Positions 44,709-54,203 of a stretch of 64,000 bases of DNA are shown one piece after another (positions within the stretch are counted from its first letter, which is position 1; every line of letters starts with the position of its first letter). The notes beneath the pieces are model-generated. The model saw nothing but the letters and a program-made list of their open reading frames with translations, had not been told where the DNA came from and searched no databases. Origin of the DNA: Escherichia phage JLBYU40; the sequence record NC_105514.1; one strand, given 5' to 3'. A program made the translations under genes and the position numbers.

Positions 44709-45669
44709 TGCTGATCATCATATTAAGCTGGGCCAAGATAAAATACCCAAAGAATGGCAGAAGCGTCGCTTCCTGATGCTAGGAGAACGGTTAAATGATA
44801 TATTCCATAATCATAACTGTGATCTTCATATTGCTGGTGGTGATATACTTGATGTTGCCGATCCGTCGTCAGAAGAAATAGAGCTGCTTGAACAGTTCAT
44901 GTCAAGACTCGACCATCCAGGCAAAATCTTTACTGGAAATCATGAAATGTTAACTAAAACCATTTCATGTCTATATCATTATGCAGGAGTTATTAATAAA
45001 GTAACGAGTGGTAAGTGGGAAGTAATTACCAAACCATATCGTTCCCCTGAATTTGATATTGTTCCATATGACGAAATCCATAAATCTAAGTGGAAACCAT
45101 CTGAATCAAAACTATGTTTCACACATGTTCGTGGTGAAATCCCTCCACATGTAAAACCAGAAATTGATCTAACTAAATATAACTGTTATGATACTGTAAT
45201 TGCTGGCGATTTACATTCTTATACTAATAGCCAGACTATCGGATCTACTAGACTTCTCTACCCAGGGTCTCCATTAACTACATCGTTCCATAGAGAACGC
45301 ACAAAAGGTACAAATGGTTGCTTTATCATTGATACCGACACATTAAAAGTAGAATGGATTGAACTCGGTGATTTACCACAACTGATTCGTAAAACAATCG
45401 GAGCTGGTGAAGAGATGGAACCTAGTGATTACGATCGTGTAGTATATGAAGTTACTGGTGACGTTGTTCAGTTAAAGTCAATCAAAGACTCTGATTTATT
45501 AGATAAGAAAATTAACCATCGAGTTACTAAAGACGCTAAGTTAAATCTTGTTGATCTTGATATGCTAGGCGAACTTGAACTTTACTTCCGTGAAGTCGAG
45601 AAGCTATCTCAAGGCGACATTGATAGAATCTTGGCTAGAGCTGCGAAATATGTCAAAGATTACAATTAA
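44692..45669 (+). CDS. SbcD/Mre11-like nuclease
   Basis: Calcineurin-like phosphoesterase motifs (DHH, GNHE); GTG start as in ORF track. Confidence 0.75.
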   Translation: MKILFSADHHIKLGQDKIPKEWQKRRFLMLGERLNDIFHNHNCDLHIAGGDILDVADPSSEEIELLEQFMSRLDHPGKIFTGNHEMLTKTISCLYHYAGVINKVTSGKWEVITKPYRSPEFDIVPYDEIHKSKWKPSESKLCFTHVRGEIPPHVKPEIDLTKYNCYDTVIAGDLHSYTNSQTIGSTRLLYPGSPLTTSFHRERTKGTNGCFIIDTDTLKVEWIELGDLPQLIRKTIGAGEEMEPSDYDRVVYEVTGDVVQLKSIKDSDLLDKKINHRVTKDAKLNLVDLDMLGELELYFREVEKLSQGDIDRILARAAKYVKDYN

Positions 45670-47488
45670 GACACTAAAATTTAGTAACGTTATGTCTTAC
45701 GGTAAGGACATCGTAATTCATTTCGATAAGAATCCAGTTACTCAAATAATTGGTGGCAATGGGCTAGGGAAATCCACCATCGCTACGGTTATCGAGGAAT
45801 TGTTTTATAACAAGAACTCACGTGGTATTAAGAAGGATGCTCTGTTCTCTTGGGCTTCTCCGAAAAAAGAGTATGATATGCACGCTTACTTCTCGAAAGA
45901 TGAAGATGAGTACGAATTGCATAAAGTAGTTAAGTCAACTGCTAAAGTAACTCTTATTAAGAATGGAGAAGATATTAGTGGACACACGGCAACTCAAACA
46001 TACAAGATGATTGAAGAGATTATGGGTGGTGACTTCCAAACATTCACCAAACTGATTTATCAATCGGTGGGTTCCAATCTAGATTTTCTAAAAGCAACGG
46101 ATGCAACACGTAAGGCTTTTCTTGTCAATTTGTTCAATCAAGAACAGTATAAAGAAATGTCAGAAACTATTAAGGCTGACCGTAAAGAAATAGCAAATAC
46201 CTTAAATAATTTGCAGGGCCAAATGGCTGTAGTTACGAAAATCCTTAATGGAAAAAATAATCTAGGAACTTTGCAGGAACCTGTAGAAGTACCGGAGTTT
46301 GATGAAGAGCCATTAGCACAAGAACTTACTGAATCGAAAATTAAGGCGGCATTAGCCAAGTCTCAAGAGGCTAATATTACTAAGTTGCGTAATTTGGACA
46401 AAGCTGTACAAGTTGCCGAACAATCTTTCGAGCCTTTCAAAAATTTGCCTGCGCCCACTGACCAAAATGAAGAGATCTCAAGTGTTACGCGTGACCTAAC
46501 GATTGTGACCTCACGTGCGGGCGAAGTTAAGAAACGTTATCAGAAGTTCAAGCAAGAGGCTTCAAATACTGAATGTCCTACTTGTGGTACTCATCTGGAT
46601 ACAACTGCTGCTCAAAAAGCAATGGATATGGCTAGAACAGAATATGACCCTCTGTTCAAAGAGAAACAATCTCTTGAAGCTAAGTTAGAACAGTTGAAGA
46701 AAGAACAACTTGAGTACACTACATATATTAGAGCAAAGGATGCTTTGGATAAAGCAGTAGCAGCTAGAGACGAGTTCAAAAATTCAATGAGTGATGCTTC
46801 TTTTGAAGAACTCAATGTGCAAAACCTACAGGTGCAAATCCGACAATTAGAACAGGAAATCGCTAATGGCCGTTCTAAGGTTGCAATTGCCAAAGAGCAT
46901 AATGCAAATGTCGAATTAGCCAATGCAAAATATAAAGCGAAACTAGAACAGATTGAGAAAGCTGAGGCAGAAATGTCTGAGATTACTTCCAAACTGGATG
47001 AGGTATCAGAAGCTGTTGCTGATCTCGATATTCTGATCGCTGCATTAAAGAATCTAGTAGGATATAAACTAGAGCATAGTGTGAAAGTATTTGAAGAGCT
47101 TATCAATAAATATCTTTCCATTATGACTGGAGGTAAATTCGCACTTGGATTTGAACTTGATGAAACAAAATTACAAGTAGTAATCTTCAATGATGGAAAC
47201 CGTACCAGTATGGAGAACTGCTCTACTGGTCAGCAAAGTCGAATTAATCTAGCAACCCTATTAGCTATTCGAATGCTATTAACATCTATTAGTAAAGTTA
47301 ATATTAATCTTCTGTTCCTTGACGAAGTAATTAGCTTTATTGATACGAAAGGACTTGATACCCTAGTTGAACTATTAAATGAGGAAGAAAGTCTAAATTC
47401 TATCATTGTTTCTCATGGGCATACGCATCCATTAGCTCATAAGATTACTGTCAAAAAAGATGCAGAAGGATTTTCCTACTTAGAATAA
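45650..47488 (+). CDS. SbcC/Rad50-like ATPase
   Basis: Start MSKITIKTLKF; Walker A GGNGLGKST, coiled-coil middle, C-terminal LLFLDEV. Confidence 0.75.
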   Translation: MSKITIKTLKFSNVMSYGKDIVIHFDKNPVTQIIGGNGLGKSTIATVIEELFYNKNSRGIKKDALFSWASPKKEYDMHAYFSKDEDEYELHKVVKSTAKVTLIKNGEDISGHTATQTYKMIEEIMGGDFQTFTKLIYQSVGSNLDFLKATDATRKAFLVNLFNQEQYKEMSETIKADRKEIANTLNNLQGQMAVVTKILNGKNNLGTLQEPVEVPEFDEEPLAQELTESKIKAALAKSQEANITKLRNLDKAVQVAEQSFEPFKNLPAPTDQNEEISSVTRDLTIVTSRAGEVKKRYQKFKQEASNTECPTCGTHLDTTAAQKAMDMARTEYDPLFKEKQSLEAKLEQLKKEQLEYTTYIRAKDALDKAVAARDEFKNSMSDASFEELNVQNLQVQIRQLEQEIANGRSKVAIAKEHNANVELANAKYKAKLEQIEKAEAEMSEITSKLDEVSEAVADLDILIAALKNLVGYKLEHSVKVFEELINKYLSIMTGGKFALGFELDETKLQVVIFNDGNRTSMENCSTGQQSRINLATLLAIRMLLTSISKVNINLLFLDEVISFIDTKGLDTLVELLNEEESLNSIIVSHGHTHPLAHKITVKKDAEGFSYLE

Positions 47489-47491
47489 AAC

Positions 47492-47974
47492 ATGGCTGTA
47501 GATAGTAGAGAGAAAGGTAAACGTGGTGAATATCAGGTAAGAGATATTCTACGTGAGCGTACAGGTCTTGAGTGGGAACGTGTTCCTGGCTCTGGTGCTT
47601 TTGGCCAGAGCCATGGACTAAAAGGTGACATCTACCTTCCACCACAAAGCGGACACATTAGTAAATACTGCTTCGAAGTTAAGTGGTATAAAGATGATAA
47701 TATATCAAGTAATTTATTTAATGTTGGTGAATCCACTCTAGAGAAGTGGTGGCAGCAGTGCTCACGTGAAGGTGAGCAGATGAACTCCAAACCTGCATTA
47801 ATATTCAAAAAAGACAGAGGACAGTGGTTAATAGCTTTGGATAGCTCAGACCCGATGGTTGACAACTTAATGAGTCGTACCCATATGGTGTTAAATAAGA
47901 AAGACATGGAAATCGTAATTGGCTTATTTGAGCCGTGGCTACATCATGCATCTGTTGAGGACTTAATTAAATAA
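47492..47974 (+). CDS. hypothetical protein, possible PD-(D/E)xK-type nuclease
   Basis: 160 aa; D...E.K-like pattern (GDIYL...FEVKWYK); weak assignment. Confidence 0.4.
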   Translation: MAVDSREKGKRGEYQVRDILRERTGLEWERVPGSGAFGQSHGLKGDIYLPPQSGHISKYCFEVKWYKDDNISSNLFNVGESTLEKWWQQCSREGEQMNSKPALIFKKDRGQWLIALDSSDPMVDNLMSRTHMVLNKKDMEIVIGLFEPWLHHASVEDLIK

Positions 47975-48849
47975 TGAGTAAATCCTGGGGAAAATTTATT
48001 GAAGAAGAGGAAGCTGAAATGGCTTCCCGTCGTAACCTAATGATTGTCGATGGAACTAACTTAGGCTTTCGCTTCAAACATAACAATAGTAAAAAACCAT
48101 TTGCCTCAAGTTATGTTTCCACTATTCAGTCTCTTGCAAAATCTTATTCTGCTAGAACTACAATAGTTTTAGGAGATAAGGGGAAGTCTGTATTCCGCTT
48201 AGAACATCTCCCCGAGTATAAAGGGAACCGAGATGAGAAATACTCGCAGCGTACGGAAGAGGAGAAAGTATTAGATGAGCAGTTCTTCGAGTATTTGAAA
48301 GATGCTTTCGAATTATGTGAAACTACATTCCCAACTTTCACTATTCGTGGTGTAGAAGCAGACGACATGGCAGCTTATATTGTTAAGCTCATTGGGCATC
48401 TATATGATCACGTTTGGTTGATTTCTACTGACGGTGACTGGGATACCTTATTAACTGATAAAGTTTCACGCTTCTCTTTCACAACACGTCGTGAATATCA
48501 TCTTCGTGATATGTACGAGCATCATAATGTTGACGATGTAGAGCAGTTTATCTCTCTGAAAGCAATTATGGGTGATTTAGGGGATAATATCCGTGGTGTT
48601 GAAGGTATTGGGGCAAAACGCGGATATAATATTATTCGTGAATTTGGTAACGTTCTGGATATTATTGATCAACTTCCACTGCCTGGAAAACAGAAATATA
48701 TACAGAATTTAAATGCTTCGGAAGAATTGCTTTACCGAAATCTAATTCTGGTTGATTTACCTACCTACTGTGTGGATGCTATTGCTGCTGTAGGTCAAGA
48801 TGTATTAGATAAGTTCACAAAAGATATTTTGGAGATTGCAGAACAATGA
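47974..48849 (+). CDS. flap endonuclease / 5'-3' exonuclease
   Basis: 291 aa; N-terminal LMIVDGTNLGFRF and H3TH region GDLGDNIRGVEGIGAKRG. Confidence 0.9.
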   Translation: MSKSWGKFIEEEEAEMASRRNLMIVDGTNLGFRFKHNNSKKPFASSYVSTIQSLAKSYSARTTIVLGDKGKSVFRLEHLPEYKGNRDEKYSQRTEEEKVLDEQFFEYLKDAFELCETTFPTFTIRGVEADDMAAYIVKLIGHLYDHVWLISTDGDWDTLLTDKVSRFSFTTRREYHLRDMYEHHNVDDVEQFISLKAIMGDLGDNIRGVEGIGAKRGYNIIREFGNVLDIIDQLPLPGKQKYIQNLNASEELLYRNLILVDLPTYCVDAIAAVGQDVLDKFTKDILEIAEQ

Positions 48850-49292
48850 TTAAAATTAAATTAACTCACCCAGATTGTATGCCTAAGATTGGTTCCGAAG
48901 ATGCCGCAGGTATGGATCTGCGAGCATTCTTTGGTACAAACCCTGCCGCAGATTTACGTGCTATTGCGCCAGGCAAATCCCTAATGATTGACACTGGTGT
49001 CGCGGTAGAAATTCCGCGAGGTTGGTTCGGTTTGGTGGTTCCTCGTAGCTCTTTAGGTAAGCGCCATTTGATGATTGCAAACACCGCAGGGGTGATCGAC
49101 TCAGACTATCGTGGTACTATTAAGATGAACCTCTATAATTACGGTTCTGAAATGCAAACTCTGGAGAATTTCGAGAGACTTTGTCAGCTAGTGGTACTCC
49201 CACATTACTCAACTCATAATTTTGAAATCGTTGATGAGTTAGAAGAGACTGTACGTGGGGAAGGAGGATTTGGAAGTTCAGGAAGTAAGTAA
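48846..49292 (+). CDS. dut: dUTPase
   Basis: 148 aa; conserved dUTPase motifs (GVIDSDYRG, RGEGGFGSSG). Confidence 0.9.
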   Translation: MIKIKLTHPDCMPKIGSEDAAGMDLRAFFGTNPAADLRAIAPGKSLMIDTGVAVEIPRGWFGLVVPRSSLGKRHLMIANTAGVIDSDYRGTIKMNLYNYGSEMQTLENFERLCQLVVLPHYSTHNFEIVDELEETVRGEGGFGSSGSK

Positions 49293-49317
49293 TCTACATA
49301 TAAAATAAATAATAAAC

Positions 49318-49351
49318 CCCAGTGGACAAAATCCACTGGGGTTTTCTTTTA
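49318..49351. terminator. bidirectional rho-independent terminator at the early/late boundary
   Basis: CCCCAGTGGA-CAAAA-TCCACTGGGG 10-bp stem with T-tract on the plus side and A-tract on the other. Confidence 0.7.
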
Positions 49352-51118
49352 TTGTGATACTAATTGTACCTTTAATTGCTCAAGCTCTTTCTCTAGATCT
49401 TCAATCCGTTTAATAAGATCTTGCACAACATGCATAGTGTCAAGAAGCATTGGAGTTGTATCTAGTTCCTTTTGCTCCTGCTCTATTCCGTCATCATTAT
49501 AAAATTTTCTAGTTTTTACATAAAGTGGTTCTATAGTCTCTACTTGCTGAGCAATAACCCCACGTCGGACACGAGATTTTTCATCGTTATTATATACAAA
49601 GGATTGGAATTCTAATCCTTTTAATACCTCGATGGACTTAGTTGCGTCTATAGCCTTAATATCATGCTTTAAGCGAGAATCAGATACAGCATTTAATTGC
49701 AAAGTATAGGTTGCTGAAGCACCTGGCCACCAAGAATAAAAATAAATACTATTATTATTCGGCTGAATTTTTAAACGCACACCAAATTTATTATCATCAT
49801 CTCCCGCTACCTGCCAACAAGAATCTGCAAATGAGCCTAAGTCATTATGAATTAATCCAAAATGTGCAGATGTCTTATACCCTGCGGAAGAAGACTGGGA
49901 ACCGCTCAATATACTATAAAAGTTAAATGTACTACCTATATTGACCTCGTTCTGAGAAAGAGTACCTTGTACCCGGCCAGTCTGAGACCACGCCATGCCA
50001 GTAACTAATCTAGCTTTAAAACGATCCGTTACAAAATCCCCATTATCTACAAGCTGGGCGGAATTCGATTTACCGGTAGATTTATTGTCTATTAGTAGTT
50101 CAGTAGAGTAGGTGCCACCAATAGTAGCTTTAGCTCGTAGTGTACTTACAGCCTCACTACTAGTACCTACTTTATACTCAGATAGTACACTCCCTCCATA
50201 AACAGTAGTACCAGTATTAGGTTTGACAACACCACCACTAATAACACTCCACGAAGTCTTTGCAGCCACGAACCCACCAGAAGCACGGATTACCCAGACA
50301 CCTATAAAGCTGTTTGGAATAATAGTACCTTTTATTCCATAACGCCCATAAACAGGGTCCGCTAAGTTTGCATCAAAACTAAATCCGTATTGGTTATCAG
50401 GATTAACTACGGCAAATGATTTAGATGCACCTCCAGGAGCGGCACCTAAGCCGTTTTCACCACCAATCGCCCCAATAAGACCAAATCTAGATGAATATCT
50501 ATTAAGCGCTTCTTCATATGCACCAGCAATAGCGCCAGGAAAACTACCAGTAATATTGGGTGCTGCAGCTTCTGATATTGAACCAGCTTGACCAGCATCT
50601 CCCCCACCGTCACCACGAGCGAATAACCCTTTGATTGAATCTAGTTGCACACCATTACGATCTGGGACGCGGAAAGTAGTGGTACCATCTCCCGTAGAAT
50701 ATTTCCCACGTTGTTTGATATCAGACACCCAAATGTCATCACTAATTGCCCCCACCATTTGAGCGTAAGCCCAAAGCTCCGGCCAGTCAGCCCTGTTAAG
50801 AAGCTGCCCATCAGAAACTACCTCATAAGGTTGAATATACGCACGGCTATCTCGAAGATGAAAATCCCCCACCCCGTAGTTCATAACACCATTCATTGTG
50901 GGTCCTACTGTGCCAGTATTAAGTTTGTTCTCCACCCAACGCTTAGTTGCGGCATCATAGTCCCCAACAGGATCCCCCGCAAGAGGGGTGGACCCAATAG
51001 GACGCACATTTAACCATGCTGCTGCACGGTCTGCTAAGTCACTTAAATTATTATTCTTGTTAAGTGACTCATTTTTAAGTTTTGTAATATCCGTAGGAAT
51101 TACTGTTTTAGTTACCAT
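49349..51118 (-). CDS. tail fibre protein with C-terminal intramolecular-chaperone (S74-like) domain
   Basis: C-terminus ...SDSRLKHDIKAIDATKSIEVLKGLEFQSFVYN...GVIAQQVE matches autoproteolytic chaperone of phage fibres. Confidence 0.7.
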   Translation of the reverse strand: MVTKTVIPTDITKLKNESLNKNNNLSDLADRAAAWLNVRPIGSTPLAGDPVGDYDAATKRWVENKLNTGTVGPTMNGVMNYGVGDFHLRDSRAYIQPYEVVSDGQLLNRADWPELWAYAQMVGAISDDIWVSDIKQRGKYSTGDGTTTFRVPDRNGVQLDSIKGLFARGDGGGDAGQAGSISEAAAPNITGSFPGAIAGAYEEALNRYSSRFGLIGAIGGENGLGAAPGGASKSFAVVNPDNQYGFSFDANLADPVYGRYGIKGTIIPNSFIGVWVIRASGGFVAAKTSWSVISGGVVKPNTGTTVYGGSVLSEYKVGTSSEAVSTLRAKATIGGTYSTELLIDNKSTGKSNSAQLVDNGDFVTDRFKARLVTGMAWSQTGRVQGTLSQNEVNIGSTFNFYSILSGSQSSSAGYKTSAHFGLIHNDLGSFADSCWQVAGDDDNKFGVRLKIQPNNNSIYFYSWWPGASATYTLQLNAVSDSRLKHDIKAIDATKSIEVLKGLEFQSFVYNNDEKSRVRRGVIAQQVETIEPLYVKTRKFYNDDGIEQEQKELDTTPMLLDTMHVVQDLIKRIEDLEKELEQLKVQLVSQ

Positions 51119-51127
51119 TATAAAACC

Positions 51128-51406
51128 TTACGCCCACTCTCTAAGAGGCTGTTCCAACTGAACTATAAAAGGCTCAAAGTATTCATAAGTAAAGGATTCA
51201 CCAAGAATCCTTACATTAACATAGTATCCTTCATTACGGGTGTATCTAGGTTCCTCATCGCCTGGTGCGGAGATTTCAGTATAAGTATAGCCAATCTCGT
51301 CCAGGAGAAACATATCTCGTAACTCTTCATTTTCTTGCCAGTTTATTCCAACTAAGAAATTTTTATATTCGTTCTTGTCTTTAAATTTTAATATTATATC
51401 TTTCAT
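51128..51406 (-). CDS. hypothetical protein (92 aa)
   Basis: ORF track. Confidence 0.4.
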   Translation of the reverse strand: MKDIILKFKDKNEYKNFLVGINWQENEELRDMFLLDEIGYTYTEISAPGDEEPRYTRNEGYYVNVRILGESFTYEYFEPFIVQLEQPLREWA

Positions 51407-53775
51407 ACAGACTCCCTCATTTGACGATCCGTTAATTCTTTATGCCAGATTCTAAAATTTCTGACATGCCCGAAAAGATGTTTCCCACCATCTGCACTTA
51501 TGCCGCCGATACGAAGATTTTTAGATAAACCAGCTTTCCATGTTGTTTTCACAGGCGCACCGAACACAGCGTTTGTTACGCATCTTAATTCTGAGCTTTT
51601 GTTGCAAACAAAACCCGTCACCATTTTCCCGCTTGTTTTTGTTGATACTGGCGTAAATGACTGACTGACCCCCAACTGAGAATAAGGCAGCGGCTCTACT
51701 GTATCGCTTGATGGAACCCTGAAAGCAACTAATAACTGGTCTTCTGGTGCATTTGCTACATGTACTATCCTTGGTGCTGAGTTTGGGGCTATATCCCAAT
51801 TTCTATTTACCTCAACAAGTAGACTTAACGGTATAGAGGATGGTTGATTGCAATCAGTTGGTATTAGGACCATGTCACTAGCTCTTGTGGCGGGCGTACT
51901 GCTTGTAATTATGAACGATGAAGCGCATGACCCTTTTTCAATTTGCGGAGTAGTCACCTCAACAAAACTAGAATCATCATAAGTGGCATCGGCTTTTTGC
52001 ACAATCTGAATTCCACCGTTAATATATGCTGAGTTATCTGTAACTTTATAAACAACCTCTATAGCAACCCATTCACCATCCTGAACAACATTTTTCACAG
52101 TGATGTTAGACGCATCCTGCCCGGACGTGAATGTAGCTAGCGTGTCGCTGTCAATAAAAAGAACAGCAACAGTAGCAGGTGTTTCTCCTTTGCTAAATCT
52201 AGCAACAAATCTTAGATTATGTCCTCTTGCCCTAAACGATAGTGTAACTGCGTCATCTTTAACTACAGATATATTGTTTTGCGAGTTACCTAATATAATC
52301 CCATATGTACCAGTAGAGCCAGAGTAAACACCAGGCCCGAACGTTGCATATTTAAAACCACGATCATCGGTTTTTGTTTCACTTTTGCTTAGCCCTGAAT
52401 TCGAGTTCCATAATTCTGGCGCGTTTGAATTCGCAAAATAGTTAGTTCTCTGACCTTCAATAAGCAGACCTTCTTTTTCAAAACGTGGCTCATTAATTTC
52501 TGCAATGGTAAGAGCGCCGGACTTATTAATATATGTCGCAGTTGATGCACGGGTAAAGCTAACAATCTTGTCGCTAGGCAGTGTTATTTCCTCATCACCG
52601 ACTGTTATTTTTTTATAGCCTGGTGCAAAGCCGGTGATCATATCTAGAGAATCATTAAACGGTATCCATACATCTGGAAGAGGTTGAATGTCGGGGGTAG
52701 AATTAGCAGCAGCTTCTGATCTATCAGCCTCAGTTTTTGAACGGTCGGCTTCAGTTTTAGCAGTATTAGCACTATTGGCAGCACTAGTAGCTTGTTTTCC
52801 TGCTTCAGTAGCAGAATTGGCAGCACTAGTTGCAGAAGTTGCAGCTTGGTTTTTTAGCGCGGTAGTTTCTGTTATCGCGCTATTTTTAATGCCTTGTGTA
52901 TCTGTTTTTAACTGCGCAACATCTGCCTTTATAGCTGTTGTCTCTGTTACAGCACTGTTTTTAATGGCCTGAGTATCTGATTTTAGTTGCTCAACATCTG
53001 ATTTTAAGCCTTGAATAGTAGTTACTGACTGACTAGCTGAAGTTGCGGAACTAGCTGCGTTAGTCTCACTAGCTTTGGTTTTAGTCTCACTAGCTTTTGC
53101 ATTAGTCTCACTAGCTTTTGCATTAGTTTCAGAGGTTTTTGCAGCAGAAGCTGATGTAGCAGCTTGTGTAGAGAATGTTTCCGCCTCATTCCTAAAACCA
53201 CTGGAATCCGCAGCGGAAGCGGCAGCATTAGTCTCACTGACCTTTGCATTATCCTCACTAAGTTTTGCCGCTGCAGCCGAAGCAGTAGCATTAGTTTCAC
53301 TAGCCTTAGCATTAGTCTCGGAGGCCTTAGCTTTGGTTTCACTAGACTTTGCATTAGTTTCTGATGTTTTTGCATTAGTCTCGGAGGTTTTAGCCTTAGT
53401 TTCACTAGCTTTCGCATTAGTCTCGGATACTTTAGCTGCTGCGGCTGATTCTGCAGATTTATCCGCTGATGCAGCAGATTGAGTAGCAGATGTAGCAGAC
53501 TGAGTAGCAGAAGCTTCTGAAGCTCCGGCAGAAATAGCAGCTTCCTGCTCCGAATTCTTAGCATTAAGCTCTGAGGTCTTAGCTGCTATCTCAGAATCTT
53601 TTGCAGCTGCAGCAGATTTAGCAGCGGCCTCTATAGAAGATACTAACTCACTAGCAGTAATAGAACTAATAGAATTTCCAAGAATTACTGTATATCTAGG
53701 AAATTTACTAGCAGTAGCTTTCGTATCATCTATATTCAGTATTTGTTGCACAATAATTTTAGTAGTTACCGCCAT
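51403..53775 (-). CDS. tail fibre protein (proximal part) with tandem heptad-like repeats
   Basis: 790 aa; long run of SETNAKA/SETKAKT repeats then beta-rich C-terminal domain. Confidence 0.65.
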   Translation of the reverse strand: MAVTTKIIVQQILNIDDTKATASKFPRYTVILGNSISSITASELVSSIEAAAKSAAAAKDSEIAAKTSELNAKNSEQEAAISAGASEASATQSATSATQSAASADKSAESAAAAKVSETNAKASETKAKTSETNAKTSETNAKSSETKAKASETNAKASETNATASAAAAKLSEDNAKVSETNAAASAADSSGFRNEAETFSTQAATSASAAKTSETNAKASETNAKASETKTKASETNAASSATSASQSVTTIQGLKSDVEQLKSDTQAIKNSAVTETTAIKADVAQLKTDTQGIKNSAITETTALKNQAATSATSAANSATEAGKQATSAANSANTAKTEADRSKTEADRSEAAANSTPDIQPLPDVWIPFNDSLDMITGFAPGYKKITVGDEEITLPSDKIVSFTRASTATYINKSGALTIAEINEPRFEKEGLLIEGQRTNYFANSNAPELWNSNSGLSKSETKTDDRGFKYATFGPGVYSGSTGTYGIILGNSQNNISVVKDDAVTLSFRARGHNLRFVARFSKGETPATVAVLFIDSDTLATFTSGQDASNITVKNVVQDGEWVAIEVVYKVTDNSAYINGGIQIVQKADATYDDSSFVEVTTPQIEKGSCASSFIITSSTPATRASDMVLIPTDCNQPSSIPLSLLVEVNRNWDIAPNSAPRIVHVANAPEDQLLVAFRVPSSDTVEPLPYSQLGVSQSFTPVSTKTSGKMVTGFVCNKSSELRCVTNAVFGAPVKTTWKAGLSKNLRIGGISADGGKHLFGHVRNFRIWHKELTDRQMRESV
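53040..53460 (-). repeat. tandem imperfect 21-nt repeats encoding Ala/Ser/Thr-rich heptads inside the tail-fibre gene
   Basis: Plus-strand unit gcattagtctcactagctttt recurs back-to-back; creates long antisense ORF artefacts. Confidence 0.7.
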
Positions 53776-54197
53776 TATTTAGTTACCCCATCACTGATAA
53801 ATACTTTACCCTCCATTATACGAAAGGAGCTAATAGCTGATCCTATGACATCTCGTGTCATAATTATATCATAGTATCCTGCAAAACGTTGGCGAGGATT
53901 ATATTTATCTCTTTCTTTGGTGGCTTTGGCACCAATATTCTCTACCGCCTCTATGGGCAAACTTATGGCTATAGCACCTTGAGCAGCATCAATAATTTTA
54001 GTAGTAAAAGATGCCAAAGTCTCCGCATTCTCATCAAGACTGGCCTTTATAGTACCTCTTAGAGAATACCCTGTTAAGTTAACAGGGGTATTTGTAGGTG
54101 GATAAGTACTATCGTCAACATCTAAGAACTGCATCATTAGACCATAAGGTACTTTTTCATCTATTACTAAGTCTATAACTCTATTTTCAGTACTCAT
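53775..54197 (-). CDS. tail structural protein (collar-like, 140 aa)
   Basis: Size and position between fibre and baseplate genes match the T5 collar protein by synteny; inference only. Confidence 0.45.
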   Translation of the reverse strand: MSTENRVIDLVIDEKVPYGLMMQFLDVDDSTYPPTNTPVNLTGYSLRGTIKASLDENAETLASFTTKIIDAAQGAIAISLPIEAVENIGAKATKERDKYNPRQRFAGYYDIIMTRDVIGSAISSFRIMEGKVFISDGVTK

Positions 54198-54203
54198 TAT
54201 TTA

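Noticed and set aside
46612-47190. 192-aa minus-strand ORF inside the SbcC-like gene
   Set aside because: Antisense to the SbcC coiled-coil region; Ser/Cys/Leu-rich artefact
52650-53560. Possible CRISPR array
   Set aside because: Repeats are contiguous 21-nt coding repeats without unique spacers; no cas genes in the window
53022-53564. Several ORFs on both strands inside the tail-fibre repeat tract (52688-52972, 53022-53564, 53075-53482)
   Set aside because: Produced by the 21-nt tandem repeats, which stay open in several frames; only the 790-aa minus-strand frame continues into non-repeat flanks
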